Shown here piece by piece: positions 62,906 to 64,000 of a DNA stretch of 64,000 nucleotides; the stretch's first letter is position 1, and each line of letters begins with the position of its first letter. The stretch is from contig NC_092379.1 of the NCBI RefSeq assembly GCF_030028105.1, positions 87,841,006 through 87,905,005 on the forward strand. The letters are read 5' to 3'. This stretch comes from Mobula birostris (taxonomy: Eukaryota). The position numbers and the translations under genes are program-made. The notes beneath the pieces are model-generated. The model was not told the DNA's origin. It worked only from the letters and a program-made list of their open reading frames with translations, and made no database searches.

Positions 62906-63341
62906 GGCATTGCTATTGTCCAGGTGATTCAAGGAAGAGTGGAGAGCCAGTGAAACTGCATCTACTATAGTCCTATTGTACCAAGAGGCACATAGCAGTG
63001 GGTTCAAGTCTTTGATTAGAGACAAGTTGATTCTGGCCATGAACAACCTCTGAAGGCACTTCATCAATGTAGATGTGTGCAACTGGATGAGCATCACTGA
63101 GGCAGCTCACCCTGCTCTTTTTGAACACTGGTACGATTGTCGTCCTTTTCAAGAAGTAGGAACCTCTGACTACAGCAGTGAGAGATTGAAGATGTCTATA
63201 GATGTTCCTACCGGTTGGTTGGCACAGGCTTTCAGTGCCCTATCAAGTACACTATCAGGGCTTGATGCCTTGAGAGGATTCCCTTTTCCAAAAGATGTTC
63301 TGACATCAACTTCTGAGACAAAGATAACATGATCACCAGAT

Positions 63342-63970
63342 ACAAGGAATTCTGCAGATGCTGGAAATTCAAGCAACACACATCAAAGTTGCTGGTGAAC
63401 ACAGCAGGCCAGGCAGCATCTCTAGGAAGAGGTACAGTCGACGTTTCAGGCCGAGACCCTTCGTCAGGACTAACTGAAGGAAGAGCTAGTAAGAGATTTC
63501 AAAGTAGGAGTGGGAGGGGGAGATCTGAAATGATAGGAGAAGACAGGAGGGGGAGGGTTGGAGCCAAGAGCTGGACAGGTGATTGGCAAAAGGGATATGA
63601 GAGGATCATGGGACAGGAGGCCCAGGGAGAAGGAAAAGGCGGGGTGGGAGGGGAACCCAGAGGATGTGCAAGGGGTATAGTCAGAGGGAAGAGGGAGAAA
63701 AAGGAGAGTGAGAGAAAGAATGTGTGTATATAAATAACGGATGGGGTACGAGGGGAAGGTGGGGCATTAGCGGAAGTTAGAGAAGTCAATGTTCATGCCA
63801 TCAGGTTGGAGGCTACCCAAATGGAATATAAGGTGTTGTTCCTCCAACCTGAATGTGGCTTCATCTTTACAGTAGAGAAGGCCATGGATAGACATGTCAG
63901 AATGGGAATGGGATGTGGAATTAAAATGTGTGGCCACTGGGAGATCCTGCTTTCTCTTGCGGCCAGAGCG
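63342..63970 (-). mobile_element. Young Neptune-type PLE 3' fragment with intact hammerhead (63436-63471)
   Basis: Close match to 25905-26540; host Rex resumes at ccatcagatgctgcag. Confidence 0.92.
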
Positions 63971-64000
63971 TCCATCAGATGCTGCAGAGATTCACACAGG

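Larger units (their letters stand above)
59795..64000 (-). mobile_element. Rex1/Babar LINE with several nested insertions, running off the window
   Basis: (agaatc)n tail; ORFs 59994..60593 (LALNISKTKGLIVDFR), 61377..61619 (LLFVDYSSSFN), 62744..63097 and 63170..63379. Confidence 0.9.

Overview
This is eukaryotic, repeat-dense vertebrate DNA. The repeat inventory (CR1 with short-repeat tails, Rex1/Babar, Neptune- and Poseidon-type Penelope-like elements (PLEs), V-SINE, Tc1, hAT) suggests a cartilaginous fish, probably a ray; that is an inference, not a database match. I recognise no host protein-coding exon, rRNA, genuine tRNA or CRISPR array, and almost every informative ORF is a decayed TE fragment. 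The only near full-length LINE with recognisable ORF1 and ORF2 is a CR1 at about 53058-57332 (-). The main signals worth following up are: (1) a young PLE family carrying minimal type I hammerhead ribozymes, inserted about six times, often as TSD-flanked inverted pairs in which only one arm keeps the 35-39 nt 3' tail; (2) a 30-bp minisatellite built from that PLE tail; (3) a gutted Gypsy-like LTR element with an in-frame gag/pol fusion ORF; (4) a Buster/Charlie hAT resembling my recollection of primate MER1/Charlie3, plus a foldback MITE built from two copies of one of its ends; (5) several multi-level TE nests with readable TSDs; (6) TE-poor AT-rich islands that may be cis-regulatory. Boundaries of old, decayed repeats are approximate.
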